Source: an uncultured Spirochaetota bacterium | GTDB taxonomy: Bacteria > Spirochaetota > Brevinematia > Brevinematales > JAOACQ01 | Direction of reading: 5' to 3' | Assembly: GCA_963783575.1 (NCBI GenBank) | Contig: CAWAOD010000011.1 | Span: 574,661-638,660, forward strand | DNA: 64,000 nucleotides | Shown: in pieces, positions 42,553-53,146 of the stretch | Position numbering within the stretch: position 1 is the stretch's first letter | Layout: each line of letters starts with the position of its first letter | Program-made: the position numbers and the translations under genes | Notes under the pieces: model-generated | What the model was told of the DNA's origin: nothing | Databases searched by the model: none | The model's input: the letters and a program-made list of their open reading frames with translations, nothing else

Positions 42553-42710
42553 TTAATATGATACAATTATGCAGTATATTTCCGGGATTATATTAAAAAA
42601 TAAATAATAAAAATTTCATTAATTAACTCATTTTACAAGTATTATATTTAAGAAATCTATTAATAAAACAGGCTAATTAATATTGTTAAAATACTCGATA
42701 TATTAAGTCT

Positions 42711-42737
42711 TAAAATAAATTAAAATAAATCCGATAA
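42711..42737 (+). promoter_or_regulatory. Candidate sigma-28 (FliA) promoter upstream of flgJ
   Basis: TAAA-N15-TCCGATAA versus consensus TAAA-N15-GCCGATAA. The AT-rich context lowers specificity. Confidence 0.45.
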
Positions 42738-42763
42738 ATATCAAAAGATGTGAGGAGTATTTT

Positions 42764-43081
42764 ATGCAGATTGGCACCGAGCAGGTCTTTGCAAATAAAG
42801 AGAAGATAAGTATGGATCAATTAAAAACTTATCAAAATATGGATTATAAAAAAATGGATGATAAGAAATTAAAGGAAGTTTCTCAGGAATTTGAATCATT
42901 ATTTCTCAATCAATTGTTTAAAGAAATGAGAAAAACGATCCCAAAAGATGATTGGCTGGACGGTGGTTTAAAGCAGGAAATTTTTGAAGATATGCTTTAT
43001 AATGAATATTCAAATAATATATCAAAAGTTGGTGGAATTGGATTAGGGAATTTAGTATATAAATATCTAAAACAAAAATAG
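42764..43081 (+). CDS. flgJ: Flagellar rod-binding protein FlgJ (short, no muramidase domain)
   Basis: KLKEVSQEFESLFLNQLFKEMRKTI...IFEDMLYNEY...GIGL. Confidence 0.88.
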   Translation: MQIGTEQVFANKEKISMDQLKTYQNMDYKKMDDKKLKEVSQEFESLFLNQLFKEMRKTIPKDDWLDGGLKQEIFEDMLYNEYSNNISKVGGIGLGNLVYKYLKQK

Positions 43082-43362
43082 TTTTTATCTATCTAAGTCT
43101 ATAATAATAATTGAATTAAGATTATTCCAGGAAAATAATAATTAATAAATCTTTTTAAATATTCTTTCTATATGTCAGTTTCAATGTATATGATAATTAA
43201 CCCGGATTTATAAATACTAATTATTAAAAAGGTATAAAAAGTAAAGATATTATATGGATTAATATCATATAAAATATATTATTAAATTGTAAAGCAATAA
43301 TTGAAAATTAAGTTGCCATATTATATAATAATATATATTTAAGAAGCATTAATGGAAATAAT

Positions 43363-44322
43363 ATGAAGAAAAAAAGGACATTATTATACGTTATATTAAT
43401 AATAACAATTATATTAATAGCTAGTTTATCTATATTATTTTTTTGTTTTTATCAGAATAATAATAAAAATATTGGTTATTCCATCGATTTATTAACAAAT
43501 ATTAATACAAGCGCAGTTTGTTCTATTGATTATATAAATAATATTGATGTTAGAAATATCGGCATACCAATTACAATTTATACAAACCAGTTGATTTATA
43601 AAAAAAATTATATCCGGAGTAATGAAAAAAATCTGTATTTAGAAATTAAAGGCTGGGCAATAGATCCCATTGCCAATTCAGCTGCGGGAGATGTTTTTAT
43701 CGATATTAATAAGAATCATTTTAAAGCGAAAAATGGTTTACCGATAACAAATAATCAAAATATCTCCAATCAAGTTGTTAATTCAGGTTTTGTCTGCTCG
43801 ATTCCACTTTCCGAACTTTCATATTTTCCAATGAAGCTTACCTTAAAAGTTGTTAATGAAAGAAAATCCGGATATTATGTATCACCGAAAACATATAACA
43901 TTTTAATTATGGACAGTCCCCTGCCTCTATTAAAAGATATTGTTCAATTGGATCAAACAACTCGTTATAATATTGATATATTCGGCAGCGGACAATTTTC
44001 AAAAAACAGTACTACAATAATAACACGGAATTCACCATATTTAACGATTACAGGATGGGCGATTGATTACACAGAAGGCTACATTGCCGGAGGGGTTTAT
44101 ATATCAATAGACAGTAATGATATACAGGCAGTTTACGGGTTTGAAAGAATGGATGTCGCTGAGTTTATGGGCAATTACCAATATACATTCTCCGGATTTC
44201 AGGCTTATATTCCATTTGATTCATTAAGTAATGGAATTCATACTGCATCTGTGAAGATATTAAAATATAATAAAATGGCTTTTTATTCGCCGGATAAAGA
44301 ATTTCAGTTTGAAATTCAATAA
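43363..44322 (+). CDS. Membrane-anchored protein with two tandem GWAID-type beta-rich domains
   Basis: N-terminal TM; internal duplication GWAIDPIANSAAGDVFIDI...SGF versus GWAIDYTEGYIAGGVYISI...SGF. Confidence 0.75.
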   Translation: MKKKRTLLYVILIITIILIASLSILFFCFYQNNNKNIGYSIDLLTNINTSAVCSIDYINNIDVRNIGIPITIYTNQLIYKKNYIRSNEKNLYLEIKGWAIDPIANSAAGDVFIDINKNHFKAKNGLPITNNQNISNQVVNSGFVCSIPLSELSYFPMKLTLKVVNERKSGYYVSPKTYNILIMDSPLPLLKDIVQLDQTTRYNIDIFGSGQFSKNSTTIITRNSPYLTITGWAIDYTEGYIAGGVYISIDSNDIQAVYGFERMDVAEFMGNYQYTFSGFQAYIPFDSLSNGIHTASVKILKYNKMAFYSPDKEFQFEIQ

Positions 44323-44374
44323 ATGTATTATTTGAAATTTATAATTGCGTCTAACCAGTATAGGAGCTATTTAT

Positions 44375-45310
44375 ATGCACAGCATCGATATTTTGCTTCC
44401 CACATATAACGGCGGTCATTATCTTGAAAGTTTATTGGATTCGATCATAAAACAGGTAATGAATAGCTGGAGAATTATTATCAGAGATGATGCATCAACT
44501 GATAATACTGTTCAGATTATTAAAAAATATGCTGAAAAATACCCTGACAAAATAAAATTAATTGAAAATAAAGGTAAACGAGTTGGTTTTTTAAATAATT
44601 ATGCAAATTTGCTGGAAATGTCTGACGCGGATTATATAATGTTTTGCGATCAGGATGATATTTGGTGTCCCGATAAAATTAAAAAATCAATTAATAAAAT
44701 ATTTGAAATGGAAAAGAATTTTGGAGCCGATATACCTTTATTAGTTCATTCAAATCTAACTGTTGTTGATGAAAATTTAAAGAATATTGATAAGTCATTC
44801 TGGAAATTCAGAAATCTAAATCCAAAGAAAGGCAGCAGCTTAAACCGTTTGCTCGTTCAGAATATAGTATCCGGATGTACGGTTCTAATGAATAAAAAAT
44901 TAAAAGAACTTGCCGCTCCATTACCTGATGATGCTGTTGTTCACGATTGGTGGCTGAGCCTTATTGCTATTGTATTTGGCAAACTTGATTATATTGATGA
45001 GGCTCTAATTTTATACCGGCAGCATAGCAATAATGTTATGGGAGCTAAAAGATTCAATCTAAGCTATGTAATTGAGCAATTTTTAAAAGAAAGAGATAAA
45101 ATTAAAAAAGGTTTAATATTAACTCAAAAGCAGGCTAAAGCATTTGCTGAAAAATTTCATGGACAACTGTGTGATTATGATTATCAATTAATTTCTTTAT
45201 ACGCTGATTTATATAATAAAAGTTTTTTAGAAAAACGCTGGATTCTACTTAAAAATGGCTTTTTCAAGAATGGATTATTGCGGAATATAGGTTTATTCAT
45301 ACTTATATAA
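44375..45310 (+). CDS. Glycosyltransferase family 2 (rhamnosyltransferase-like)
   Basis: ILLPTYNG, RDDASTD, FCDQDDIW, HDWW, YRQHSNN; AGGAG RBS. Confidence 0.92.
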   Translation: MHSIDILLPTYNGGHYLESLLDSIIKQVMNSWRIIIRDDASTDNTVQIIKKYAEKYPDKIKLIENKGKRVGFLNNYANLLEMSDADYIMFCDQDDIWCPDKIKKSINKIFEMEKNFGADIPLLVHSNLTVVDENLKNIDKSFWKFRNLNPKKGSSLNRLLVQNIVSGCTVLMNKKLKELAAPLPDDAVVHDWWLSLIAIVFGKLDYIDEALILYRQHSNNVMGAKRFNLSYVIEQFLKERDKIKKGLILTQKQAKAFAEKFHGQLCDYDYQLISLYADLYNKSFLEKRWILLKNGFFKNGLLRNIGLFILI

Positions 45311-45355
45311 ATATTAAATTGTTCATTTTCAATAATTTTCCTCCAGAGGGGAATA

Positions 45356-47158
45356 ATGTCCTTTCTTTTAATAAAAATTATAGAAACAATATTTCCTCAA
45401 AATAGCAGAAGAAGAAAGTTTTTTAAATTAGTATTTTATAGATTATATAAGAAATTTATTAATTTAAAATTTAATCGAGATTATAAAAAGTGGATAAATA
45501 TTAATGAACCGTTATACGACGAATTAATAAAACAAAAAAATACCTCATTTTCATTTATGCCGAAAATAAGTATAATTGTACCGGTTTATAATACGCCAAA
45601 AAGGCTCTTAATTGAAATGATAAATTCCGTCAGATGCCAGACTTATCCAAATTGGGAATTATGTCTTTCAGTTTCAGGCAGAATGTCAAAGAAAATAAAA
45701 AATATTCTTGACGGATATATCAATAACCGGCCGGATGAAATTAAATCGAAAATAAAAATTAAATATTCTCAACTTGATAAAGGCATCGCTATAAATACAA
45801 ACGAAGCATTAACTTTGGCTACCGGCGATTATATTGCATTTTTGGATCATGATGATATTTTGGCCGATTTTGCACTTTATGAATTGATAAAATTTCTGGA
45901 GGATCATAATGAAGCTGATTTGATCTATTCGGATGAGGATATTTTATCTTTTAACAGTAAAAAAAGGCATTCACCACATTTTAAACCCGATTTTTCCCCT
46001 GTAACGATAACAAGTTGTAATTATATATGTCATCTAGTTATGTTGAAGAAAACATTAGGGGATAGGGTAGGCTGGTTAAGACCAGGTTATGACGGAGCTC
46101 AGGATTATGATCTGATTCTGCGCATAAAGGATATTGCCGATAAAATTTATCATATACCAAAAATCTTATATCATTGGAGAGAAAGTAAATATTCCGTAGC
46201 CGGAAGTTCTATATTTAAAGATTATGCATTTGATAACGGTAAAAAGGCATTACAGAATTATTTTTACAAAAAAGAAAAAAGTGTTGAAATACATATGGGA
46301 AATATTTCCGGAATTTATCAGATTATTTATAATCTAAAAAATCTGCCTATGATATCCATTATAATTGATGATTATGAAAATAAGGATATATTATATCAAT
46401 GCCTGAATTCAATAGTTTCAAAGACAGATTATCCTGAATATGAGATTATTATATTAAATAAGAATTTAAAAATTGAAGGGTATGACGAACTTAAAAATAA
46501 ATCCAGATTGATTATTTTAGATTATAAATTTCAGGAATACGCTGAAACTGATGGAATTTCTTTTATGAGAAATTTTGCAGCAAGTCATGCCAACGGTAAA
46601 TATTTATTATTTATTAAGGGATCAATAAAAATCATCCATCCTGATTGGCTTAAAAGACTCATTGATCAGACTGTTAACAAAGAAACCGGTGCAATTGGCC
46701 CAATGATTTATTATCCGAATAATAAAATTAAAAGTTCCGGTATTATCATAGACAACAATGGTTTTATCAAGCATTTATACCGGAATTACTCCAGGGGTTC
46801 TAGGGTTTTTATAAAGATGTTAAACATGGCTCAAAATGTTCGGGCTTTAAGCGCTGATTGTATATTGACGGAAAAAGAGATATTCAATGCCCTAAATGGC
46901 TTTGACTCCAATTTGTCCGATGATTTTTCCGCGGTTGATTTCTGCTTAAGACTTCTGAAGAAAGGATATTGGATAGTATGGACACCTTTTGCAGAAATTT
47001 ATTCAATGGAGTATGATACTTTGATCTATCAGAAACAGGAGAAGATAAATAAGGAAAGGTTTTTAATGCAATGGGGTAATGTAATCAAAGAAAGAGATCC
47101 ATATCATAATAAGAATCTATCTTTTGAAAAAGGTGATTTTTCAATAAAACTGAAATAA
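45356..47158 (+). CDS. Glycosyltransferase family 2, two GT-A domains
   Basis: SIIVPVYNT, FLDHDD, YSDED, GAQDYD, LYHWR. The second domain is degenerate. Confidence 0.9.
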   Translation: MSFLLIKIIETIFPQNSRRRKFFKLVFYRLYKKFINLKFNRDYKKWININEPLYDELIKQKNTSFSFMPKISIIVPVYNTPKRLLIEMINSVRCQTYPNWELCLSVSGRMSKKIKNILDGYINNRPDEIKSKIKIKYSQLDKGIAINTNEALTLATGDYIAFLDHDDILADFALYELIKFLEDHNEADLIYSDEDILSFNSKKRHSPHFKPDFSPVTITSCNYICHLVMLKKTLGDRVGWLRPGYDGAQDYDLILRIKDIADKIYHIPKILYHWRESKYSVAGSSIFKDYAFDNGKKALQNYFYKKEKSVEIHMGNISGIYQIIYNLKNLPMISIIIDDYENKDILYQCLNSIVSKTDYPEYEIIILNKNLKIEGYDELKNKSRLIILDYKFQEYAETDGISFMRNFAASHANGKYLLFIKGSIKIIHPDWLKRLIDQTVNKETGAIGPMIYYPNNKIKSSGIIIDNNGFIKHLYRNYSRGSRVFIKMLNMAQNVRALSADCILTEKEIFNALNGFDSNLSDDFSAVDFCLRLLKKGYWIVWTPFAEIYSMEYDTLIYQKQEKINKERFLMQWGNVIKERDPYHNKNLSFEKGDFSIKLK

Positions 47159-47512
47159 ACATCAATTTGAATTTTTAACCAGCTGCAATTATCAGCATAA
47201 ATTATTAAACATAAATTTGCAATTTATTATAGACTTTTTATAATTTTTAAGTTAAAATTAATTATTTGGATAGGGATGAGTATCATAAAGGAAACTTATC
47301 GCAATTTATTAAATAAAATTATGTATTAAAAATATTGTTTTTTTAATTGATTTTGATAAAATAATTGTTTATCTTAATTTTAATAATACATTTCCGAAAG
47401 TAATTGAGTTATTTTTGCTTAAGTTTTATTAATAGGCTTTAATTAGAGGGGGTTTGGTTATTTTTTTATTAATTAATAATGCAAAAGTTTGAATAAATAA
47501 TCAGTTTAAGGG

Positions 47513-48793
47513 GTGTTTGTGTTTAAAAAAGCTATTTTTGTATTAAAATATGACGGACTTTATATTTTAGCAAAGAAAATGCTTAGAATATTGATTGGTA
47601 AAATGAAAGTAGTTGCAAGACAATTTGTTATGAATTATTCTCACCCTAAGATTAAAAATAACCCTGAATATAACAGGGGTTTGAATATAATCGGTTCAAT
47701 CAAATACACATTCGGAATTGCGGAAGTTACAAGGAATTTTATTAGAAAAATAAGGGAAAGCGGTGTACCGGTTTGTCTATTTAATATTGAATCTGATCAT
47801 CACAAGAAGATTGATAAAGAGGAATATCGAAATTATATTCGTAATATAGGTTTTGTACCTTTATATCACAAAAATATGTTTTTTATAAATGGAAATTTCA
47901 TAAATTCATTTTATAATAAAGATCCTGATTTATTTAAAAATAAATATAATACCGGTGTCTGGTGGTGGGAATTCGAATCCGGCCTGGATTCTTATATTGA
48001 TGGTTTTAAATATCTTGATGAAGTAGTGGTTTTTTCGGATTTTATAAAAAAAACACTGGAAAAATTACCACATGGGGATTGTAAAATAACCAAATTGAAA
48101 TACCCTCTTGTTGAGAATTGGCGTATTCTTCAAGATGTTAAAGAAACCAGAAAAAAATATAACATCAAAGAAGATGATTTCGTATTTAAGTTTAATTTTG
48201 CTTATCTCAGCAGTTATGAAAGGAAAAATCCGAGTGCTGTTTTAAAAGCGTTCGCTCAAGCTTTTCCCGATAAAAAAGATGTAAAACTAATCTTAAAAGC
48301 AAATTACTGTCATAAGTTTAAAGACAAAGTTAATAAAATAATGAATCTTATTGATGAATTAAAACTCAATGAAAAAGTTATTATTATAAATAAAACAATC
48401 TCAAAAAATGAATTGATGACATTGTTGAACAGCAGTGATTGCTATATATCCCTGCATAGAGGTGAAGGATTGGGCTTGGGAATGCTTGAGGCAATGGCTC
48501 TTGGTAAACCTGTTATAGCATCACGGTACGGCGGCAACCTTGAATTTATGAACGATGAAAATTCATTTTTAGTAGATTGTAAAATGGTGAAAGCCGATGA
48601 TGACTATTGGGCTTATAAAAATGTTAAATTTTGGGCTGATCCGGATATCGAACAGGCGTCATCTTATATGAAAAACCTGTATTTGAATCGTGAAACGGCA
48701 AAAGAAAAAGGAAAAATTGCACAGGATTCTATCTGGAACTTATACAATTCCACTGATTTTTGCAATGATGTGAGTAAATTTCTTTATTCTTAA
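47513..48793 (+). CDS. Glycosyltransferase family 4
   Basis: RKNP, SLHRGEGLGLGMLEAMALGKPVIA, WADPD. Confidence 0.9.
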   Translation: MFVFKKAIFVLKYDGLYILAKKMLRILIGKMKVVARQFVMNYSHPKIKNNPEYNRGLNIIGSIKYTFGIAEVTRNFIRKIRESGVPVCLFNIESDHHKKIDKEEYRNYIRNIGFVPLYHKNMFFINGNFINSFYNKDPDLFKNKYNTGVWWWEFESGLDSYIDGFKYLDEVVVFSDFIKKTLEKLPHGDCKITKLKYPLVENWRILQDVKETRKKYNIKEDDFVFKFNFAYLSSYERKNPSAVLKAFAQAFPDKKDVKLILKANYCHKFKDKVNKIMNLIDELKLNEKVIIINKTISKNELMTLLNSSDCYISLHRGEGLGLGMLEAMALGKPVIASRYGGNLEFMNDENSFLVDCKMVKADDDYWAYKNVKFWADPDIEQASSYMKNLYLNRETAKEKGKIAQDSIWNLYNSTDFCNDVSKFLYS

Positions 48794-48888
48794 TAACAGG
48801 TACAGTTTTATTACTGGTTCAATCTGAAAAATTGCGATTTATTACTCTTCTGAATTATGAAAAAGTAATTATATTTTGGGGAAAATTA

Positions 48889-49629
48889 GTGGTTTTTATT
48901 GTTCTGGTTAGTCCGGAAGGTCAGGAGAATATCGGATCCGTGGCCAGAGCTATGATGAATATGGGTTTTTCACGCCTTTCGCTGGTTCAGCCATTGTGCA
49001 GTCATCTAACGGAAATAACAATAAATTATGCGGTTCATGCAGTTGAAATATTAAAAAAAGCGGAAATCTTTCCGGATTTAAAATCGGCTCTGGAAGGTTC
49101 CGACCTGAGCATCGCAATCAGCCGAAGAATAGGGCAATGGAGAAAAAGGGATTTGACCGCAGAAAATCTTGCCGGGTTTTTACAAGATTATAAGGATAGA
49201 AATGTACATCTTGTTTTCGGCAGGGAAAAAAATGGGCTGACCAATTCCGAGATCAATTTTTGCGACTTAATCTGTTCAATTCCGTCCGATGAAAAATTTC
49301 CCTCGTTAAATCTTTCCCAGGCTGTAATGATTATTCTGTATGAATTATTCAAAATGAATAAAAAAAAGGAAGTTGATGCGGCTGCCCCCGGAGATAAATC
49401 TGGCAAGCTGCCGCTGAGAAGCGATTTTGACGGAATGATGGATCAGGTAATTTCAGCTTTTTCGGAGATGGATTTCTTTAAAAATGTTCCGGATTGGAGA
49501 TTGAAGAATTATCTGAAAAAGATTTTAATCAGATCAAAGCTCGATGAATATGATACCATGGTAATATATAATGTATTTAAAAGGATAGAGGGAATTGTAA
49601 AGAGATTAAAAGATAACTCATCCGGCTAA
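48889..49629 (+). CDS. trmJ: SPOUT tRNA methyltransferase, TrmJ/LasT family
   Basis: ENIGSVARAMMNMG, VFGREKNGLTNSE, PSLNLSQAV. Confidence 0.85.
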   Translation: MVFIVLVSPEGQENIGSVARAMMNMGFSRLSLVQPLCSHLTEITINYAVHAVEILKKAEIFPDLKSALEGSDLSIAISRRIGQWRKRDLTAENLAGFLQDYKDRNVHLVFGREKNGLTNSEINFCDLICSIPSDEKFPSLNLSQAVMIILYELFKMNKKKEVDAAAPGDKSGKLPLRSDFDGMMDQVISAFSEMDFFKNVPDWRLKNYLKKILIRSKLDEYDTMVIYNVFKRIEGIVKRLKDNSSG

Positions 49630-49675
49630 AATAGGCCGGGATATTCGGTTTATAAATTTTATCAGGTGTAAATAA

Positions 49676-50455
49676 ATGGATATTATTTTTAAATGGATTG
49701 GCAGCGCGACTTGGATTCTTAATGTTAATGCATACAAAATTGCTTGCGACCCGGTTTTATGTAAAAAAGGAACGGTTCAAAACTATAAATATTTCAAGTC
49801 AACCCGTTTGACTGACCCTTTATATGCAATAGATGATCTTGATAATGTTGATTTATGGATTTTATCTCATGATCATGAAGATCACTTTGATAAAGAAGGG
49901 ATAATTAAAATCTCCGATAAATCATTCAAAATTATACATAGAAGTAATGAAAAGAAGTTAATAAACAATAACGTTGCAAATTATAAGGTTTTATCCTGGG
50001 GGCAGGATTATAATATTTCTGATCAAAATTTATCAATAAATATTGAAGCGGTCCCAGGGATACACTCTAAATTTAAAGTGTTAAGTAAGTTAATCGGAAA
50101 CAATAACGGCTATATTATTAAGATTTATCAAAATAATGAAACATTCATTATTTATTATACAGGGGATGATGTTTTTAATAAAAAAAGGTTTGAAAAATAT
50201 TACAAAGGTAAAATTGATCTTGTAATTGCAAACGCAGGCGCAGCGCATATAGGTAAAGGAATTTTAGGCGCAGTTATAGGGCGGATAACAAATGATTATA
50301 ATGATATTCTTAATATGGCAAATTCAATAGATTCAAAATTAATAATTCCTATACATTGGGGAACTTTCTCACATTATTTAGATAATTCAAATAATTATAA
50401 AGATTCATTAAACAAAATAAAAATCGTAAAAGCCGGAGAAACCGTTAGATTGTAA
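49676..50455 (+). CDS. MBL-fold metallo-hydrolase
   Basis: SHDHEDHFD, YTGD, IPIHWGTF. Confidence 0.88.
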   Translation: MDIIFKWIGSATWILNVNAYKIACDPVLCKKGTVQNYKYFKSTRLTDPLYAIDDLDNVDLWILSHDHEDHFDKEGIIKISDKSFKIIHRSNEKKLINNNVANYKVLSWGQDYNISDQNLSINIEAVPGIHSKFKVLSKLIGNNNGYIIKIYQNNETFIIYYTGDDVFNKKRFEKYYKGKIDLVIANAGAAHIGKGILGAVIGRITNDYNDILNMANSIDSKLIIPIHWGTFSHYLDNSNNYKDSLNKIKIVKAGETVRL

Positions 50456-50472
50456 TACAGTAATTCGAAAAT

Positions 50473-50501
50473 TTGACAGATGCGGGAAAGTGAAATATAA
50501 T
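50473..50501 (+). promoter_or_regulatory. Sigma-70 promoter for the tRNA cluster
   Basis: Perfect TTGACA-17 bp-TATAAT, 23 bp upstream of tRNA-fMet. Confidence 0.85.
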
Positions 50502-50524
50502 AATTACCCTATATGGATAAGCGT

Positions 50525-50598
<74 letters not shown>

Positions 50599-50675
50599 AT
50601 GTATTTATAATATGAACACGCAACTTTTTTAGTTTCTAAAAACCGGCTTTTTAACAGCCGGTTAAGTTTTTTTAC

Positions 50676-50748
50676 GGCGGGGTAGCTCAGTTGGTTAGAG
50701 CAGCGGAATCATAATCCGCGTGTCGAGGGTTCAACTCCCCCCCCGCTA
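50676..50748 (+). tRNA. tRNA-Met (CAT), probably elongator
   Basis: GGCGGGG/CCCCGCT acceptor stem and GCGGA-ATCATAA-TCCGC anticodon arm. The T-stem 3' side is one base short inside a C8 run. Confidence 0.88.
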
Positions 50749-50766
50749 AGGGAATAATGATTAATT

Positions 50767-50840
50767 GGGGTTGTAGCTCAGCTGGTTAGAGTACTGGCCT
50801 GTCACGCCAGGTGCCGCGGGTTCAAGTCCCGTCAACCCCG
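50767..50840 (+). tRNA. tRNA-Asp (GTC)
   Basis: GGGGTTG/CAACCCC acceptor stem, CTGGC-CTGTCAC-GCCAG anticodon arm, G discriminator. Confidence 0.95.
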
Positions 50841-50856
50841 AATGTCATAAAAATCA

Positions 50857-50915
50857 GGGCAATTCCTGTCAATCCGAAAAAAATATTTTTGGAATGTCAG
50901 GAATTGCCTTTTTTT
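50857..50915 (+). terminator. Long hairpin terminator after the tRNA cluster
   Basis: GGCAATTCCTG...TCC.AAAA / TTTT.GGA...CAGGAATTGCC followed by T7. Confidence 0.75.
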
Positions 50916-50943
50916 CTTGGGGATATAATAAAAGGTTCCATAT

Positions 50944-51621
50944 ATGTTGAATGAGTTGATTTCCGAATTAAATACCCGCGGCGCAGATATTGTCAGGATA
51001 GTTGATATATCAACGCTCCCGGCAAACCAAAATCGGGGTTATAGCATCGCTCTTTTGATAGGAATAGTTCTAAGCCCGGGTTATATTTTTCATCTGTCAA
51101 AAGAAAACATATTAGACTATTCCGAGTTTTCAGAAAAGGAAGATAATGCTGATAAACTTGCAGAATGTACGGCTGATTTTATCATTGCAAAAGGATATAA
51201 AGCCTTCGCACAATCGGAAAGAAATCTTATTTTGCATGGATTTTATGATGAAATTACGAAAACCACTCCGCTTCCGCATAAAACAGTCGCTTTAATGGCC
51301 GGATTGGGCTGGATTGGAAAAAACAACCTGCTGGTTACCCGGGAATACGGGTGCGCGTTATGTTTGTGTGCCGTATTGACAAATGCGCCATTGACTACCG
51401 AAAACATGCCAATCGTAATGCCTAAATGCGGAAAATGTAATATTTGTAAAGACGTTTGCAAGGCAAACGTCATCCATGGCTCTACGTGGAAAATAGGGAT
51501 GAACAGGGATTTAATTGTCGATGTATACCACTGCAATAGTTGTTTAAAATGTTTAACTGATTGTCCATGGACACAGAAATATATGAAATCATATGGGTCA
51601 TTTTGCGAATCGCCTGTCTAA
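50944..51621 (+). CDS. QueG-like (epoxyqueuosine reductase / reductive-dehalogenase-like) 4Fe-4S protein
   Basis: LPHKTVALMAGLGWIGKNNLL, CGKCNICKDVC, CNSCLKCLTDCP. Confidence 0.8.
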   Translation: MLNELISELNTRGADIVRIVDISTLPANQNRGYSIALLIGIVLSPGYIFHLSKENILDYSEFSEKEDNADKLAECTADFIIAKGYKAFAQSERNLILHGFYDEITKTTPLPHKTVALMAGLGWIGKNNLLVTREYGCALCLCAVLTNAPLTTENMPIVMPKCGKCNICKDVCKANVIHGSTWKIGMNRDLIVDVYHCNSCLKCLTDCPWTQKYMKSYGSFCESPV

Positions 51622-51736
51622 TTATAATTGTAAAATATTTAAGATTTAATTTTTATTACTCATTTTTTGAAAAAAAACACATCCTGTTATAAACTCATGA
51701 AATATTATATAAAACTGGAAAGGCGGTTAATATTTT

Positions 51737-53137
51737 ATGATTGATGATAAAACTAATAAAATTGGAATAAATGAACAAAACAGCAGAAAGATATGGCAGA
51801 AAAATCAAACAGGTAAACTCCATCCGGAAGTGGAAAGTTTTGAAGTGGGGACAGATTATATTTATGACGGCAGGCTTTTTAAATATGAAATAGCGGCAAG
51901 CCATGCCCATGCTAAAATGCTGAATAAAATCGGTATTCTGGATGATGCGGAAATGCAGTCAATATCAAAAGCACTAAAAGAGCTTTATGGGAAATATGGC
52001 GATTTTATCGAATTGACAGTCCAGGATGAGGATATCCACTCAAAACTGGAAAACCTCCTTACACAATCGCTTGGTGAAACCGGTAAAAAGATCCATACAG
52101 GCAGAAGCAGGAATGACCAGATTATGGTTGTGATGAGGCTGTTTGAAAAGGAAAACCTTTTATTGACCGGCCTGGAATTAATATCCCTTCTTGAAACAAT
52201 TGTTGATTTTTGCAGACGCGAGGGTGAGAAAATCCTTCCGGGCTATACTCACTCAAAGCAAGCCATGCTGATCAACGTTAAAACATGGGCATTAGCTTTC
52301 ATCGAATCGGGGATTGATAATCTCAGCGTAATAAAAAATACAGTTGAACTAATTGATTCAAATCCGCTAGGAACAGGCAGCGGTTTTGGTGTACCGATCC
52401 CGCTTGACCGCCGGATGACGGCTGATCTGCTAGGTTTTTCCAGGATTCAGGAAAACCCGGTATCGGTTGAAAACTCGAGGGGAAAGTACGAGGGGATCAT
52501 CATAGACGCTTTCTGGAATATTATGAATGATTTTTCAAGGATCGCCGCTGATATGCTTCTGTATAATCTTGATGAATTGTTATATATGAAAACAAATCAG
52601 GTAATAACCACCGGAAGCTCAATTATGCCTCAAAAGACCAACCTGGACGTTATGGAACTGATGCGTGCAAGGACTTCTATAATGCTTGGCTATTCAAATA
52701 CCGTCAAGAACATCTGCAGCGGGATTCTTTCCGGTTATAACAGAGACTTGCAGGAAACAAAAGAACCTGTTTTTAAAGCAGTTGCGCTGGTTCAAAACAG
52801 CATTAAGACTCTAAAGATTGTCTTTGAAAATATCGAATTTGACGAACAAGCCGTTAAGAAAAATCTTTCAAAGGGGATTTTTGCCACAGATATAGCATTT
52901 GAAGCCGTAGGCCGCGGCATGCCCTTCCGTGACGCTTACCGGCTTGCCGCAAATCAGATCGAGGGAATTTCGATAAACGATAAAACTATAAAAGATAGCC
53001 TGAATAATAGGGTATCACAGGGATCGCCGGTGACAATTGATCTGGAGAAATATGAACATCATATCGCTGAAGAAAAGGAATATATGGATAAAGGTTACCG
53101 GTTTCTAACGGATAAATTGAATTCATTATTATTATAG
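51737..53137 (+). CDS. argH: Argininosuccinate lyase
   Basis: IHTGRSRNDQ, PGYTH, TGSSIMPQK.N, GYNRDLQETKE, PFRDAY. Confidence 0.95.
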   Translation: MIDDKTNKIGINEQNSRKIWQKNQTGKLHPEVESFEVGTDYIYDGRLFKYEIAASHAHAKMLNKIGILDDAEMQSISKALKELYGKYGDFIELTVQDEDIHSKLENLLTQSLGETGKKIHTGRSRNDQIMVVMRLFEKENLLLTGLELISLLETIVDFCRREGEKILPGYTHSKQAMLINVKTWALAFIESGIDNLSVIKNTVELIDSNPLGTGSGFGVPIPLDRRMTADLLGFSRIQENPVSVENSRGKYEGIIIDAFWNIMNDFSRIAADMLLYNLDELLYMKTNQVITTGSSIMPQKTNLDVMELMRARTSIMLGYSNTVKNICSGILSGYNRDLQETKEPVFKAVALVQNSIKTLKIVFENIEFDEQAVKKNLSKGIFATDIAFEAVGRGMPFRDAYRLAANQIEGISINDKTIKDSLNNRVSQGSPVTIDLEKYEHHIAEEKEYMDKGYRFLTDKLNSLLL

Positions 53138-53146
53138 GAGAATTTA

